From Candidatus Daviesbacteria bacterium (lineage in GTDB: Bacteria > Patescibacteriota > Microgenomatia > Daviesbacterales > UBA10151), in the NCBI GenBank assembly GCA_021731695.1, contig JAKFWZ010000080.1, forward strand, positions 34,021 to 98,020: a stretch of DNA of 64,000 bases. Direction: 5' to 3'. Both the position numbers and the translations under genes were made by a program. Shown in pieces: positions 27,582-37,554 of the stretch (position 1 is the first letter of the stretch; every line of letters starts with the position of its first letter). Below the pieces are notes generated by a model. It saw only the letters and a program-made list of their open reading frames with translations, made no database searches and was not told the origin of the DNA.

Positions 27582-29216
27582 CTATTTGGATTTCTGAGAG
27601 GATGCTTCTATGAAGCCTAAGAACATTGGGTGTGGATTTAAAGGCCTTGATTTTAACTCCGGATGGAACTGAGAACCCGCAAAGAACGGATGATCCGCGA
27701 GCTCGATCACTTCAACTAATTTTCCATCAGGCGATGTACCAACAATATTAAATCCATTTTTCTCAAAATCAGCTCTGAAATTATTATTAAACTCATATCT
27801 GTGTCTGTGACGCTCTGAAGTCTGCCTGCCGGCAGGCAGGTTTCCCCATTTTTTATAAAGTTCTCCAACTTTCGATCCTTCTTTTAGAACACAATCCCAG
27901 GCTCCAAGTCTCATTGATGCACCGTAATCTTTATCCAAAAGCTTTTTAATTTGATCTGGCATAATATGAATTATCGGATTTTTAGTTTTCTCATCAACCT
28001 CAGTTGTATGAGCATCTTTCAAGCCTAAAACATTGCGGGCAAATTCAATCGAAGCCAGCTGCATTCCGTAACATAATCCAAGATATGGAATTTTATTTTC
28101 CCGTACATATCGAACAGCTTTAATTTTTCCTTCAACATCTCTTGAACCAAATCCTCCCGGGACAATAATTCCGTCAAATTTCGAAAGCTGCTCGACACTA
28201 TGTTCAAGCTTAGAGGCATCAATCCAGGTTATCTCAGGCTTAACCTTTAGCTTATAGGAGGCATGTTTTATCGCCTCAATAACCGAAATATACGAATCCA
28301 TTAATGTAAAATCACCGGTAGTGAAATATTTGCCTACAATTCCAATTTTGACGGGCCTGTCAGTAGTTTCACTAGAATCAACAAACGCTCTCCATTCTTT
28401 TAAATCAGTATTTTTTCTCTCAAGTCCAAGTTTACCCAGGATTCTATCCGTTAAACCCTGATCCTCGAACTTTAATGGAACAGAGTAAACATTTTTAACA
28501 TCCGGAGCGGAGATTATATACTCAGGCTCAAGACCTGTTGAAATTGACAGCTTTTTAATTCTTGATTGATCTAAAGGTCTTTCTGCACGGGCCAATATAA
28601 TATCAGGTTGAATTCCTACAGCATTTAAGTCACGCACTGACATTTGTGCAGGTTTTGACTTCATCTCACCGAGCGAACCGGGGATTGGTAAATAAGTTAC
28701 GTGAATATGGAGCACATCATCGTGTTTCTTAAGTTTTAACTGACGATTAGCCTCGAGAAACAGAACATTTTGATATTCTCCTGCAGTTCCACCAATTTCA
28801 ATTAAAACTATATCTGCATTTTTACTTTTTCCGGCTTCTTTTATTCTGCCGATAATTTCTTCGGTGATATAAGTTACGACGTCAATTGATGCTCCGTCAT
28901 ATTCTAAATTTCTTTCTTTTTGAATAACAGATAAATAAATTGAACCTTGAGTAGCGATATTCGAATTATTTAAAGATTCTCCTAAATATCTTTCATAATG
29001 TCCGAGGTCTTGGTCTGTTTCCGTTCCGTCATCAAGCACGAAAACTTCTCCGTGTTCTATCGGATTCATAGTTCCAGCATCGACATTAAGATAAGGGTCC
29101 ATTTTCATGGGGGAAACTTTATATCCCGCAGCTTTTAAGAGGAGAGCAATCGAGGCAGTTGCAATGCCTTTTCCAATTCCTGATATAACACCACCGCTAA
29201 CAAATATGTACTTCAC
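27582..29216 (-). CDS. pyrG: CTP synthase
   Basis: GGVISGIGKG, DPYLNVDAGTM, GLCYGMQ, ERHRHRYE, QFHPE. Confidence 0.98.
   Translation of the reverse strand: MKYIFVSGGVISGIGKGIATASIALLLKAAGYKVSPMKMDPYLNVDAGTMNPIEHGEVFVLDDGTETDQDLGHYERYLGESLNNSNIATQGSIYLSVIQKERNLEYDGASIDVVTYITEEIIGRIKEAGKSKNADIVLIEIGGTAGEYQNVLFLEANRQLKLKKHDDVLHIHVTYLPIPGSLGEMKSKPAQMSVRDLNAVGIQPDIILARAERPLDQSRIKKLSISTGLEPEYIISAPDVKNVYSVPLKFEDQGLTDRILGKLGLERKNTDLKEWRAFVDSSETTDRPVKIGIVGKYFTTGDFTLMDSYISVIEAIKHASYKLKVKPEITWIDASKLEHSVEQLSKFDGIIVPGGFGSRDVEGKIKAVRYVRENKIPYLGLCYGMQLASIEFARNVLGLKDAHTTEVDEKTKNPIIHIMPDQIKKLLDKDYGASMRLGAWDCVLKEGSKVGELYKKWGNLPAGRQTSERHRHRYEFNNNFRADFEKNGFNIVGTSPDGKLVEVIELADHPFFAGSQFHPELKSRPLNPHPMFLGFIEASSQKSK
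27822..27839. repeat. 18-bp perfect palindrome in frame in pyrG (LPAGRQ)
   Basis: ctgcctgccggcaggcag; relatives at 13221, 25609, 25668. Confidence 0.8.
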
Positions 29217-29422
29217 TTTTTTAAACTTTCTTTACGCAGTTAGGCAAGCTTAAAAAAGCATGATTTTTAAACTTCTAACCGCTCGCTATCAATAATTAAC
29301 TTTTTTACCAAAAGAGTCAATATCGAAAATTACTACAGGGGGTTTTCTAAACTTCGGCCTACGAAGGTATTTTAAGGCCCTCAATATAATACCAAATCAG
29401 GCGTAAATTTGCAAGAAATTAA

Positions 29423-29689
29423 TTATTTTTCAGATGATGGCGGAGTATTAATGCTAGATAATAAGTTTTGCGCCTCAACCCCTTTGCCTAAGGCAACCAA
29501 ATCACGATATGTGAGCTCTAAAGCATAGTCCAGTAACTTAGAGTGCGGAGGATTATCGCTCCTGAATTGTTGACCTAAAGTGCGTCTTTGTTTTATAAAT
29601 CTTGCCATTCTGGCTTCAAAAAAATCCGCTTTCACCGTACCCCGATCCAACGGTTCATTATTCCCACTTGGTTCTTTATTAACGGCCAT
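29423..29689 (-). CDS. hypothetical protein
   Basis: 88-aa ORF. Confidence 0.55.
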   Translation of the reverse strand: MAVNKEPSGNNEPLDRGTVKADFFEARMARFIKQRRTLGQQFRSDNPPHSKLLDYALELTYRDLVALGKGVEAQNLLSSINTPPSSEK

Positions 29690-29713
29690 ATTAAAATTGA
29701 TTTTACTCTTTTT

Positions 29714-31921
29714 TTATGCGTTGGCAATAGCCGGATCTTTAGGTTTGGTCCACGAAGCATATTTGCAATTAGGATAATTTTTACATCCGAAAAATGTCTT
29801 GCCTCTTTTAGTTTTTCTTACTACAACGTCCCCTCCGTCATCCGGACATTTTACATCAAGTATTTGTTCAATTCGCTCGGTGTGTTTGCAATCGGGGAAT
29901 CCTGAACAGGCAAGGAATTTACCAAATTTTCCAGTTCTAACAATTAATTGCTTTCCGCATTTTGGACAATTTTTATCAACAGTTTCAACTTCAAGCACTA
30001 CCCTTTCTGCAGTTTCTTCAATAGTTCCGAGCTTTGCTGAAAGAGGCTTAAAATAAGTTGCTACAGTTTCTTTCCATTCCTTTTCTCCTCTTGAAATATC
30101 ATCCAATGAATCCTCCATTTGAGCCGTAAATTGATAATCAAATAGTTCAGGAAAATGCTTCATTAAGAAATCATTAACGGTCATTCCGAGAGAAGTCGGA
30201 TTAAATTTACGCTCAGTTTTTTCAACATAATACCGATCCTGAATTGTTGAAAGAATCGGAGCATAAGTCGATGGGCGACCAATTCCCAGTTCTTCAAGTT
30301 TTTTAACAAGTGAGGCTTCGGTAAATCTGGGAGGAGGTTGAGTGAAATGCTGAAGTGGCTTAATTTCTTTTTGTTCTAAAGCTTCACCTTCTGTTAAATT
30401 AGGAATCTTTTGATCTTCAGCTTTATTTTTTTCTTCGCCTTCAACCTTTTCCTCTTCCTCTTCTTCTTTATCAATTCCGTAAACTTTAAGCCATCCGGGA
30501 AATTTTAATTGTGAACCAGTTGCTCTTAAATTGTATTCGTCATCGCGAAGCGAGATCGCGGAGGCGTCATTGCGAGCCGCAGGCGAAGCAATCTCAGAGC
30601 TTACTGGGATTGCTTCTCCACTTCGTGGTATCGCAATGACGTCAACTGAAGTTTGATCAAATACCGCATCATTAACTTGCGAAGCAACTGTTCTCTTGAA
30701 TATGAGGTCATAAAGTCTTTTGTGATCACGGGTAAAATTATCTCCTTTTAGCTTTTCAGAATTTAAATTCACATCTGTAGGCCTGATTGCTTCGTGAGCT
30801 TCCTGTGCATTTTTTGATTTAGCTTTGTAGAAGCGCGCTTGAGCTGGCAAATATTCTGCCCCTAAATTTGCAGAAATATAATCTCGTGCCATTCCCAAAG
30901 CTAAAGTTGAAAGATTGACGGAATCAGTTCTCATGTAGGTTATATATCCCTGCTCATAAAGGTTTTGAGCAATCATCATAGTTTTTTTCGCAGACATACC
31001 TAGTTTATTGCCTGAAGTTTGCTGCAAGGTTGAAGTGGTAAATGGCGGAGCAGGAGACCGTTTAACTTCTTTTTTAGTAATGGCTCTAACTGAATAAGCA
31101 CTTTGCTTAAGGTTTCCAACGATTTTTTCAGCCTCATCACTATTGTTTATAACTGCCTTTTCCCTGTTGATTTCCGTAAGTTGGGCTGTAAAAACCTTCG
31201 ACTCTTTCGACCCCTCCGACTCCTTCGAATCTAGCAATACTTCTATACTCCAATATTCGTTAGCTTTAAACGCTTCGATCTCGCGCTCACGCTCTACGAT
31301 TAAACGCAAAGCCACAGATTGTACACGACCCGCAGACAGACCTCTTTTTATTTTTTTCCATAATACCGGAGAAAGTTTATAACCGACTAAACGATCCAAA
31401 ACTCTGCGTGCTTGTTGAGCATCGACCAGCTGCAGATTAATTTCGCGCGGATGCTCAAAAGCTTCCATAATTGCGTTCTTTGTAATTTCATGGAATTCAA
31501 CACGCCGAATGGACGGTAGATGACCGATGATAGAAGATGGTTTTTTGAGAGTAGAAGATTGAGAATTGATTTTCTTATCTACTTTCAATCCTCCATTTTC
31601 CGCCCCTACCTTCAATTTTCTATTTTCCATCGTCATAATCTGAGCTAAATGCCAGGCAATTGCTTCTCCTTCACGATCAGGGTCGGTGGCCAGATATAAA
31701 ACATCTGCACCCTCCATCATCTTTTTTAATTCATTAACTTTCTTCTTTTTATCTCGCGGGATTATATATTTAGGCTCAAATGTTTCCTCGTCAACTCCGA
31801 TTTCAGCTTTTGGCAGATCACGGATATGACCCATCGAAGCTTCGATTTTATAATTCTTACCTAAAAATTTTGAAAGTGTTCTCGCTTTTGTAGGCGATTC
31901 GACGATTACAACGTTTTGCAT
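29714..31921 (-). CDS. topA: DNA topoisomerase I with three repeat-derived segments
   Basis: VESPTKA, DPDREGEAI, SAGRVQS, ITYMRTDS, C-terminal zinc ribbons. Confidence 0.98.
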   Translation of the reverse strand: MQNVVIVESPTKARTLSKFLGKNYKIEASMGHIRDLPKAEIGVDEETFEPKYIIPRDKKKKVNELKKMMEGADVLYLATDPDREGEAIAWHLAQIMTMENRKLKVGAENGGLKVDKKINSQSSTLKKPSSIIGHLPSIRRVEFHEITKNAIMEAFEHPREINLQLVDAQQARRVLDRLVGYKLSPVLWKKIKRGLSAGRVQSVALRLIVEREREIEAFKANEYWSIEVLLDSKESEGSKESKVFTAQLTEINREKAVINNSDEAEKIVGNLKQSAYSVRAITKKEVKRSPAPPFTTSTLQQTSGNKLGMSAKKTMMIAQNLYEQGYITYMRTDSVNLSTLALGMARDYISANLGAEYLPAQARFYKAKSKNAQEAHEAIRPTDVNLNSEKLKGDNFTRDHKRLYDLIFKRTVASQVNDAVFDQTSVDVIAIPRSGEAIPVSSEIASPAARNDASAISLRDDEYNLRATGSQLKFPGWLKVYGIDKEEEEEEKVEGEEKNKAEDQKIPNLTEGEALEQKEIKPLQHFTQPPPRFTEASLVKKLEELGIGRPSTYAPILSTIQDRYYVEKTERKFNPTSLGMTVNDFLMKHFPELFDYQFTAQMEDSLDDISRGEKEWKETVATYFKPLSAKLGTIEETAERVVLEVETVDKNCPKCGKQLIVRTGKFGKFLACSGFPDCKHTERIEQILDVKCPDDGGDVVVRKTKRGKTFFGCKNYPNCKYASWTKPKDPAIANA
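30538..30641. repeat. CGTC/RPE-like element plus 27-bp unit, in frame in topA
   Basis: encodes [34 protein letters not shown]. Confidence 0.92.
31508..31634. repeat. GATAGAA/TTCTATC-type inverted array, in frame in topA
   Basis: homologous to dnaX 10849-10974. Confidence 0.78.
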
Positions 31922-31982
31922 GTTTTTATATAGTACCAGACAAATTGTGGCCTAGGAATTCTACACTAGCTGTCAAGTGTCG

Positions 31983-32074
31983 GATTGTTAAATTGCTCAA
32001 TTGTTAGATTGTTGAATTGTTAAAAAACAATTGAACAATGAGTGAGCGTAGCGAACGATAACAATGAAACAATT
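31983..32074. repeat. ATTGTT/AACAAT inverted array
   Basis: gattgttaaattgctcaattgttagattgttgaattgtt...aacaattgaacaatg..aacaatgaaacaat. Confidence 0.75.
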
Positions 32075-34617
32075 TAATCTAAGTAGCTTTCGTCAATAGA
32101 AATCGGCTCGCCTTTGGGCATACTTCCTTCAAGAATTTTTTTAGATAATTTAGCCTCAAGCGTATCCTGCATAACTCTCTTTAAAGGACGCGCGCCAAGC
32201 ATCGGATCATATCCTTTTTCAGCTAATTTTGAAACTAAGCCTTCATTAAACTCAATCAAATAGCCTTCTTTTTTCATCACCTGTTTTAACCATTCCAATT
32301 TCAAACGAACTATTTTTTCCAAATCTTCCTCACTTAAAGGCTTAAAGGCGACAACTGCATCAAAACGATTAACAAGTTCCGGCCTATACACCCTTAATAA
32401 TTCTTCACGAATATCTTTATCAAGATCCTCGATACTCTTACCGGATTTCAAACCATCAGCAATCAAAAGCGAACCCGCATTTGAAGTTGCAATGATAATT
32501 GTTTGTGTGAAATCAGTTGTTACACCGTCTGCATCTGTTAAGCGACCATCATCAAGAACCTGAAGGAATAAATTCAGAATCTTAGGCTCCGCCTTTTCAA
32601 ATTCATCAAGAAGCAGCAAACAATATGGTCTGTTACGCACAGATTCCGTTAACTCACCAGGGTTTTCACTTGTTCCGATCAACCGGTCAATTGAGCTTAA
32701 AGTCTGATATTCAGACATATCAAACCTAATAAATGCGTCTGCATTACTAAAATATACTTCAGCTAAAGTTTTCGCCAGTTCTGTTTTACCTACACCTGTT
32801 GGCCCGACAAAAAGAAATGATCCAATCGGACGGTTTTTATCACGTATCTGAGCTGAAGCCCGTCTTAAAGTATCTGAAACTTTTTTAACAGCTTCTTCCT
32901 GATCAATCATTCTTTCGTGAATTTTTCCTTCAAGATTGAGAAGCGTTTGTTTCTGCTCACCCTCGAATTCCCCCACAGGCATTTTGATATCCCTCGAAAG
33001 AACTTCTTTTATAATCGCGGAATTCACAGCCGGATTTGCTCCGCGGGATACAGCCTCAGTCAAACACTCTTCATAAACCATCAGCGCACTATCAGGCAAA
33101 ACCCTCGTATGTATAAGTTCAGAGCATTTTTCAACAAGAAATTTTATTGCGAGGTAAGTAGTTGAAATATGATTAAAACGTGCCTCATCGATCGCGTGAT
33201 TAATCAAAATCTTTACAGTATCATTGATTTTGGCCGGACCTAATTCAATTTTATGGAAAATTCGCGCAAAGCTACTATTTTTTTCGATAATTTTTGCATA
33301 ATTTCTGGGTTCAGTTGTGGCGATAAACTGGAAACGGTCTGATTCTAAATAAGGCAAAAGTAGGGAATATAAATTAAAACTTTTTCCGGCATCGCCAATT
33401 CCTAATTCGTGAATTTCATCAATGAAAATAATAATATCTTCAACAAATTCAACTTCTTCAAAGGCTTTCTTAATTTTTTCAGCTAACTCCCCCTCCGTCC
33501 TAACGGCGGACAAAAGACGCGCAGCCTCGAGCTTCACCACCCTTTTTGTAGCCAGCGAATCAGGCGCATCACCTCTTAAAATCATTTTCGCCAGATAACT
33601 TACTAATGTAGATTTACCGGCCCCGGGCTCACCAACAAGCATTACATTCCTATCACGAGCCTGCGATAAAACAGTAATCACTTCCGTCACAATATCCTGC
33701 CTACCTGCAAATTCCGCTGTTCTTGATCTGCTTATTTCTCTTGTAACATCAACCGAAATCGCATCAAGATCAGGTGTTGGCGCGCCTAACCAACCTCTGT
33801 TTATTCCGCTTAAGTGTCTGATCCCGAAATCTTCATCCCAAATATAAATGCGTCTCCAGCGGTTTCTGTTTGTTTCTAAATAAAGAAGTGCTCCTTCGAA
33901 ATCTTCTTTTTTAAGATTTATTTTCATCAGCTCATTATCAATCCCGCTTAGATCCTCCAGCATTGCTACCCAAAAGTAAGCTTCAGTTAAAAATCTGGCT
34001 TCTGAATTTTTTGCCAGTTCAAATGCCCTTACAGCTATTTCATTAGTTAGTAAAACATCCTGATTCGAGAAATTTTTGGTCTCAAGTTCTAAACTCGCTA
34101 AGTACATTTTTAATTCTTCGCTTTCCAAAAGATCTTTCCACCGCACATCATTTTTATTCAAAGGCGTAGCTTTCCAAATTTCTTCAGCTGAATTCACTTT
34201 CCAGACAGGTTTAATGTTTTTATGCAACTCACGATTTAGAAAAATCGCCAGCCCTAAAAGTATTATTGTGATGTTACTAATCAGGAAAAAGTCAAAATAA
34301 GGCAAAACTAAAACATTAAAAATAAGTAAAAATATCGTTATTGGTGCGCTAAACCAAATCAAAGCCACAAAAAATATCAAAACAACCGCGCATAAAAATC
34401 CAAAAATTCCGATTAAAACTCTACTTAATCTAAAAAGGAAGCTTAAAACCCGTCCGACAATACTGGAATCATGAAATAGAGGAACAAACAATAGTTTGAA
34501 CATTAATCCGACAGCCAAATCTTCCTCTAAAATTAGCAGGATATTTTTTAATGAGCGCTCAAAAACAACAGCAGCTGTTGGATACCAGAATAATAGTAGA
34601 TGTAATGGAAGTAACAT
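32074..34617 (-). CDS. ClpA/B-family double AAA+ ATPase with N-terminal membrane segments
   Basis: GEPGAGKS and GPTGVGKTELAK, DMSEYQ, LLDEFEKA, RPELVNRFD. Confidence 0.9.
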   Translation of the reverse strand: MLLPLHLLLFWYPTAAVVFERSLKNILLILEEDLAVGLMFKLLFVPLFHDSSIVGRVLSFLFRLSRVLIGIFGFLCAVVLIFFVALIWFSAPITIFLLIFNVLVLPYFDFFLISNITIILLGLAIFLNRELHKNIKPVWKVNSAEEIWKATPLNKNDVRWKDLLESEELKMYLASLELETKNFSNQDVLLTNEIAVRAFELAKNSEARFLTEAYFWVAMLEDLSGIDNELMKINLKKEDFEGALLYLETNRNRWRRIYIWDEDFGIRHLSGINRGWLGAPTPDLDAISVDVTREISRSRTAEFAGRQDIVTEVITVLSQARDRNVMLVGEPGAGKSTLVSYLAKMILRGDAPDSLATKRVVKLEAARLLSAVRTEGELAEKIKKAFEEVEFVEDIIIFIDEIHELGIGDAGKSFNLYSLLLPYLESDRFQFIATTEPRNYAKIIEKNSSFARIFHKIELGPAKINDTVKILINHAIDEARFNHISTTYLAIKFLVEKCSELIHTRVLPDSALMVYEECLTEAVSRGANPAVNSAIIKEVLSRDIKMPVGEFEGEQKQTLLNLEGKIHERMIDQEEAVKKVSDTLRRASAQIRDKNRPIGSFLFVGPTGVGKTELAKTLAEVYFSNADAFIRFDMSEYQTLSSIDRLIGTSENPGELTESVRNRPYCLLLLDEFEKAEPKILNLFLQVLDDGRLTDADGVTTDFTQTIIIATSNAGSLLIADGLKSGKSIEDLDKDIREELLRVYRPELVNRFDAVVAFKPLSEEDLEKIVRLKLEWLKQVMKKEGYLIEFNEGLVSKLAEKGYDPMLGARPLKRVMQDTLEAKLSKKILEGSMPKGEPISIDESYLD

Positions 34618-34623
34618 GATTTA

Positions 34624-34762
34624 AATAAACCAATAACCCAATATACAAATAAACCAATTCCCAATGGAATTGTCTTGGGACGTTGTCTAAAACCAATTCC
34701 CAATTTTACTTTTTAAATTTTATTGGGCATTTGGCATTGGGTTATTTGTTTATTGGTTTATT
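34624..34762. repeat. AATAAACC/GGTTTATT inverted-array element
   Basis: aataaaccaataacccaat...attgggttatttgtttattggtttatt. Confidence 0.85.
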
Positions 34763-35151
34763 CATTTGACTCTAATAACTTCTCCCTCTAAATCAAGTTC
34801 AACAAAATGGGTCGCCCTTCCTTCTATAAAAGCCGGACATTGATTTTCAGGAAAATCGTCTAAATCCTGTCTCGGATTATGAGCCAAATCTGCAACCCAA
34901 TCCTGATCTAAATCATTTGTTAAACAGGGACCCGTTGAAAAATCTATTCCAATTGCTTTTCGATCCCCGTAAAGTTTTTGCGCCCGGCCAACCATATTAT
35001 CAATTTCATCCGAAAGTCCGGGTTTATATGTTCCTCTTACTGCAGAATTAAATGGATTTGTTTCGTGAACGTAAACAATTAATAGAGAAACAATAGCAAT
35101 TACAGAAAGCACTAATATAAGTAGCTTAGCCCTTGAAACCATATAGACCAA
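34762..35151 (-). CDS. hypothetical protein with N-terminal membrane anchor
   Basis: 129 aa, GPCL..W..D..H.P..C pattern. Confidence 0.75.
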   Translation of the reverse strand: MVYMVSRAKLLILVLSVIAIVSLLIVYVHETNPFNSAVRGTYKPGLSDEIDNMVGRAQKLYGDRKAIGIDFSTGPCLTNDLDQDWVADLAHNPRQDLDDFPENQCPAFIEGRATHFVELDLEGEVIRVK

Positions 35152-35226
35152 TTATCGGTGATCAGTTAACAATTATCAATTGTATCTGGCTTCGCAAAAA
35201 GCCCATTATTAATCTCAAATAACATT

Positions 35227-36306
35227 TCAGATTCTCGTGTAATTTCCCCCACCCAAATTTTTTACGATTCCGGCAATTTCAAGTTTTAATAATAATCCAG
35301 AGATTTCAGCTACAGGTGTTTTAAAATTTCTCGCAATTTCATCAATATGTTTTGGTTCATTTTTAATAAAATCCAAAATTTCTTTTTCAGATTCCGAAAG
35401 ATTTGATGTTGTAACAGGATCTGACACAACAGTTTTTACACCTAATTCATCTAAAATATCAGAAGCATTCATAACCAATTTTGCACCTTCCTTAAGCAAT
35501 GACGAAGTCCCCATAGACATATCAGAGGTTATCGGTCCCGGGACTGCAAAAACTTCTCTGTTTTGTTCTAAAGCAAGCCTTGCAGTAATTAAAGAACCTG
35601 AATCTTCTGCTGCTTCTGTGACCAAAATTCCTTTTGATAAACCAGAAATTATTCTATTTCTCGCGGGGAAATTACCTGCAAGGTGAGGATAATTTGGAGG
35701 GAATTCAGTAATTACGGCGCCGAATCCCGAAGCAATTTTTTCTGCTAAGTGAATATTTTCTGGAGGAAATATTTTAGAAAGTCCTCCGCCTAAAACTGCA
35801 ATCGTTTTTCCATTTTCTTCAATAGTTGTTGCATGCGCGATTGTGTCGACACCACGGGCTAAACCTGAAACTATTGTTAACCCGGCGCAGGCCAGTTCTC
35901 TTGTCAATTTTTCAGTTACGAGTCTTCCGTAACCCGTTGGCATTCTTGTCCCGACTACCCCGAAACATTTTTCTAAAATTTCATCATTCAAATTCCCTTT
36001 GTAATAAAGAATCATCGGAGCGCCGTGAATTTCTTTTAAAAGCTCAGGATAATTTTCATCAAAAATTGTTAAAACACTAATTCCTTTTTTGATTAGGGTT
36101 TCATAATAATCTTGCGGATCCAGTTCTTTCTTCGCGGTTTTAAAATTATCTAACGCTTTTGGCAAAGGCTTAAATTTTGCAATTTCATTAATCGGCGCAT
36201 TCCAAATTGCCTCAAAACTTCCATAATAATCAAAGAGTTTTTGTAACGCCGAGGGACCGAGATATTCAACAGAATGAAGAGCCAAAAGATAATGAAGATC
36301 TTTCAT
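35227..36306 (-). CDS. dprA: DNA-processing protein DprA
   Basis: VVGTR, IVSGLARGVD..AH, FPARNRIISGLS, SGSLITA. Confidence 0.97.
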   Translation of the reverse strand: MKDLHYLLALHSVEYLGPSALQKLFDYYGSFEAIWNAPINEIAKFKPLPKALDNFKTAKKELDPQDYYETLIKKGISVLTIFDENYPELLKEIHGAPMILYYKGNLNDEILEKCFGVVGTRMPTGYGRLVTEKLTRELACAGLTIVSGLARGVDTIAHATTIEENGKTIAVLGGGLSKIFPPENIHLAEKIASGFGAVITEFPPNYPHLAGNFPARNRIISGLSKGILVTEAAEDSGSLITARLALEQNREVFAVPGPITSDMSMGTSSLLKEGAKLVMNASDILDELGVKTVVSDPVTTSNLSESEKEILDFIKNEPKHIDEIARNFKTPVAEISGLLLKLEIAGIVKNLGGGNYTRI

Positions 36307-36313
36307 ATGCTGA

Positions 36314-36655
36314 TTACTTTAGTTTTATACCATCTTTTGAATAAATCGCAACAAATGGTTTTTTCTTTCTTTTTAAACCTTTGATTGCCGAAATAATTGC
36401 ATCCAAGAAAGGGAAAATTTCTTTGAAATTTGTGTTAGGAAAATCTATGATCATCACACTTACTGATTCCTGGCTTTCAGCAATAAAACCCTTATCAAAA
36501 GTGACAATGACTCTGTTTTCTTTTTGCGCAAGTTCCCGAACTTTGTTGTCAGTCACGCTTTTTGAAGACAATTGGATTTTCTTAATATTAAGTTTCTTTT
36601 TCTGCCAGTAAGAGGCAAGCGGCTGAGGAAAATTTTCATCTATAAGCAGTTTCAC
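36314..36655 (-). CDS. DUF5615 PIN-like toxin
   Basis: KLLIDEN, D..V...A..ENRVIVTFDKGF. Confidence 0.85.
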   Translation of the reverse strand: MKLLIDENFPQPLASYWQKKKLNIKKIQLSSKSVTDNKVRELAQKENRVIVTFDKGFIAESQESVSVMIIDFPNTNFKEIFPFLDAIISAIKGLKRKKKPFVAIYSKDGIKLK

Positions 36656-36915
36656 TAAGTTGGATTAATAAAAGAAATATTTCCATCTTCATCTGAAACC
36701 GGACGAATTTTGGCCTTTGAAACCATTTTTGCTGCGTATGATATAGCAGCCTGAATTTCCTCTCTCTCGAGTTCAGGATATCCCTCGTTTATCTCCTCAA
36801 TAGACATTCCTGCGGCTATAAAATTCATAATTACTTCAACCGAAATTCTGGTGCCTTTTATCACCGGTTTTCCTCCAAGTATTTCAGGATCGGAAATTAT
36901 TTTATACTTTGCCAT
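36655..36915 (-). CDS. DUF433 antitoxin
   Basis: DPEILGGKPVIKGTRISV, YPEL. Confidence 0.92.
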   Translation of the reverse strand: MAKYKIISDPEILGGKPVIKGTRISVEVIMNFIAAGMSIEEINEGYPELEREEIQAAISYAAKMVSKAKIRPVSDEDGNISFINPT

Positions 36916-37027
36916 AAATTGATTATATCACCCCGAAAAAGCCCGTAGCATCATTAGATATTCAACAGAATGAAGAGCAAGAAGATAAGCTAAGTTATTT
37001 TTTGGGAGGTCAGTTCCCATATATTAT

Positions 37028-37513
37028 TTATACTCTCATTGCAGGCAATGAGGACATTGGTCTTCTGAGATCTTCTCTGAACCTAGCAAGCTTAGTATGT
37101 AGCGAGTATAAACTATCACTAATAGGCTCTGCTAAGTTCATTAAACCAACTAAATACTGCACATCATCTAGCACAATCGCTCTCCCTTGTTGCGAGGGTA
37201 TAGTTACAGAACTATGTAAATCATCAGGATTAATATGAGCAACTACTAGAGGGTATTTAGCTGGTTGAAGATACTGAGAAATCCATAAATCATAATTTGA
37301 TTCAGGCCTATCAATATTATTGGTAGCAATAGACATAACAACTCCATCATCTCTTGAAGAAAAAGTTGTAAAGGCACGCAAGCCTCTCTCTACACCACTC
37401 TGATTAAATCTTGCCATAGCTTCAGTTGCTGCAGATCTGATTCTAAGGGAATCTGCTGTACCTAATAATACATTTGTAGCTCTGGACTGTGCTAATCTTT
37501 CACTTAATAACAT
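37028..37513 (-). CDS. hypothetical protein (orphan)
   Basis: 161-aa ORF; TTGACT..TATAAT upstream. Confidence 0.6.
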   Translation of the reverse strand: MLLSERLAQSRATNVLLGTADSLRIRSAATEAMARFNQSGVERGLRAFTTFSSRDDGVVMSIATNNIDRPESNYDLWISQYLQPAKYPLVVAHINPDDLHSSVTIPSQQGRAIVLDDVQYLVGLMNLAEPISDSLYSLHTKLARFREDLRRPMSSLPAMRV

Positions 37514-37554
37514 CTTAAATGAATTATATTTTATGAAATCTCATAGTCAATATA

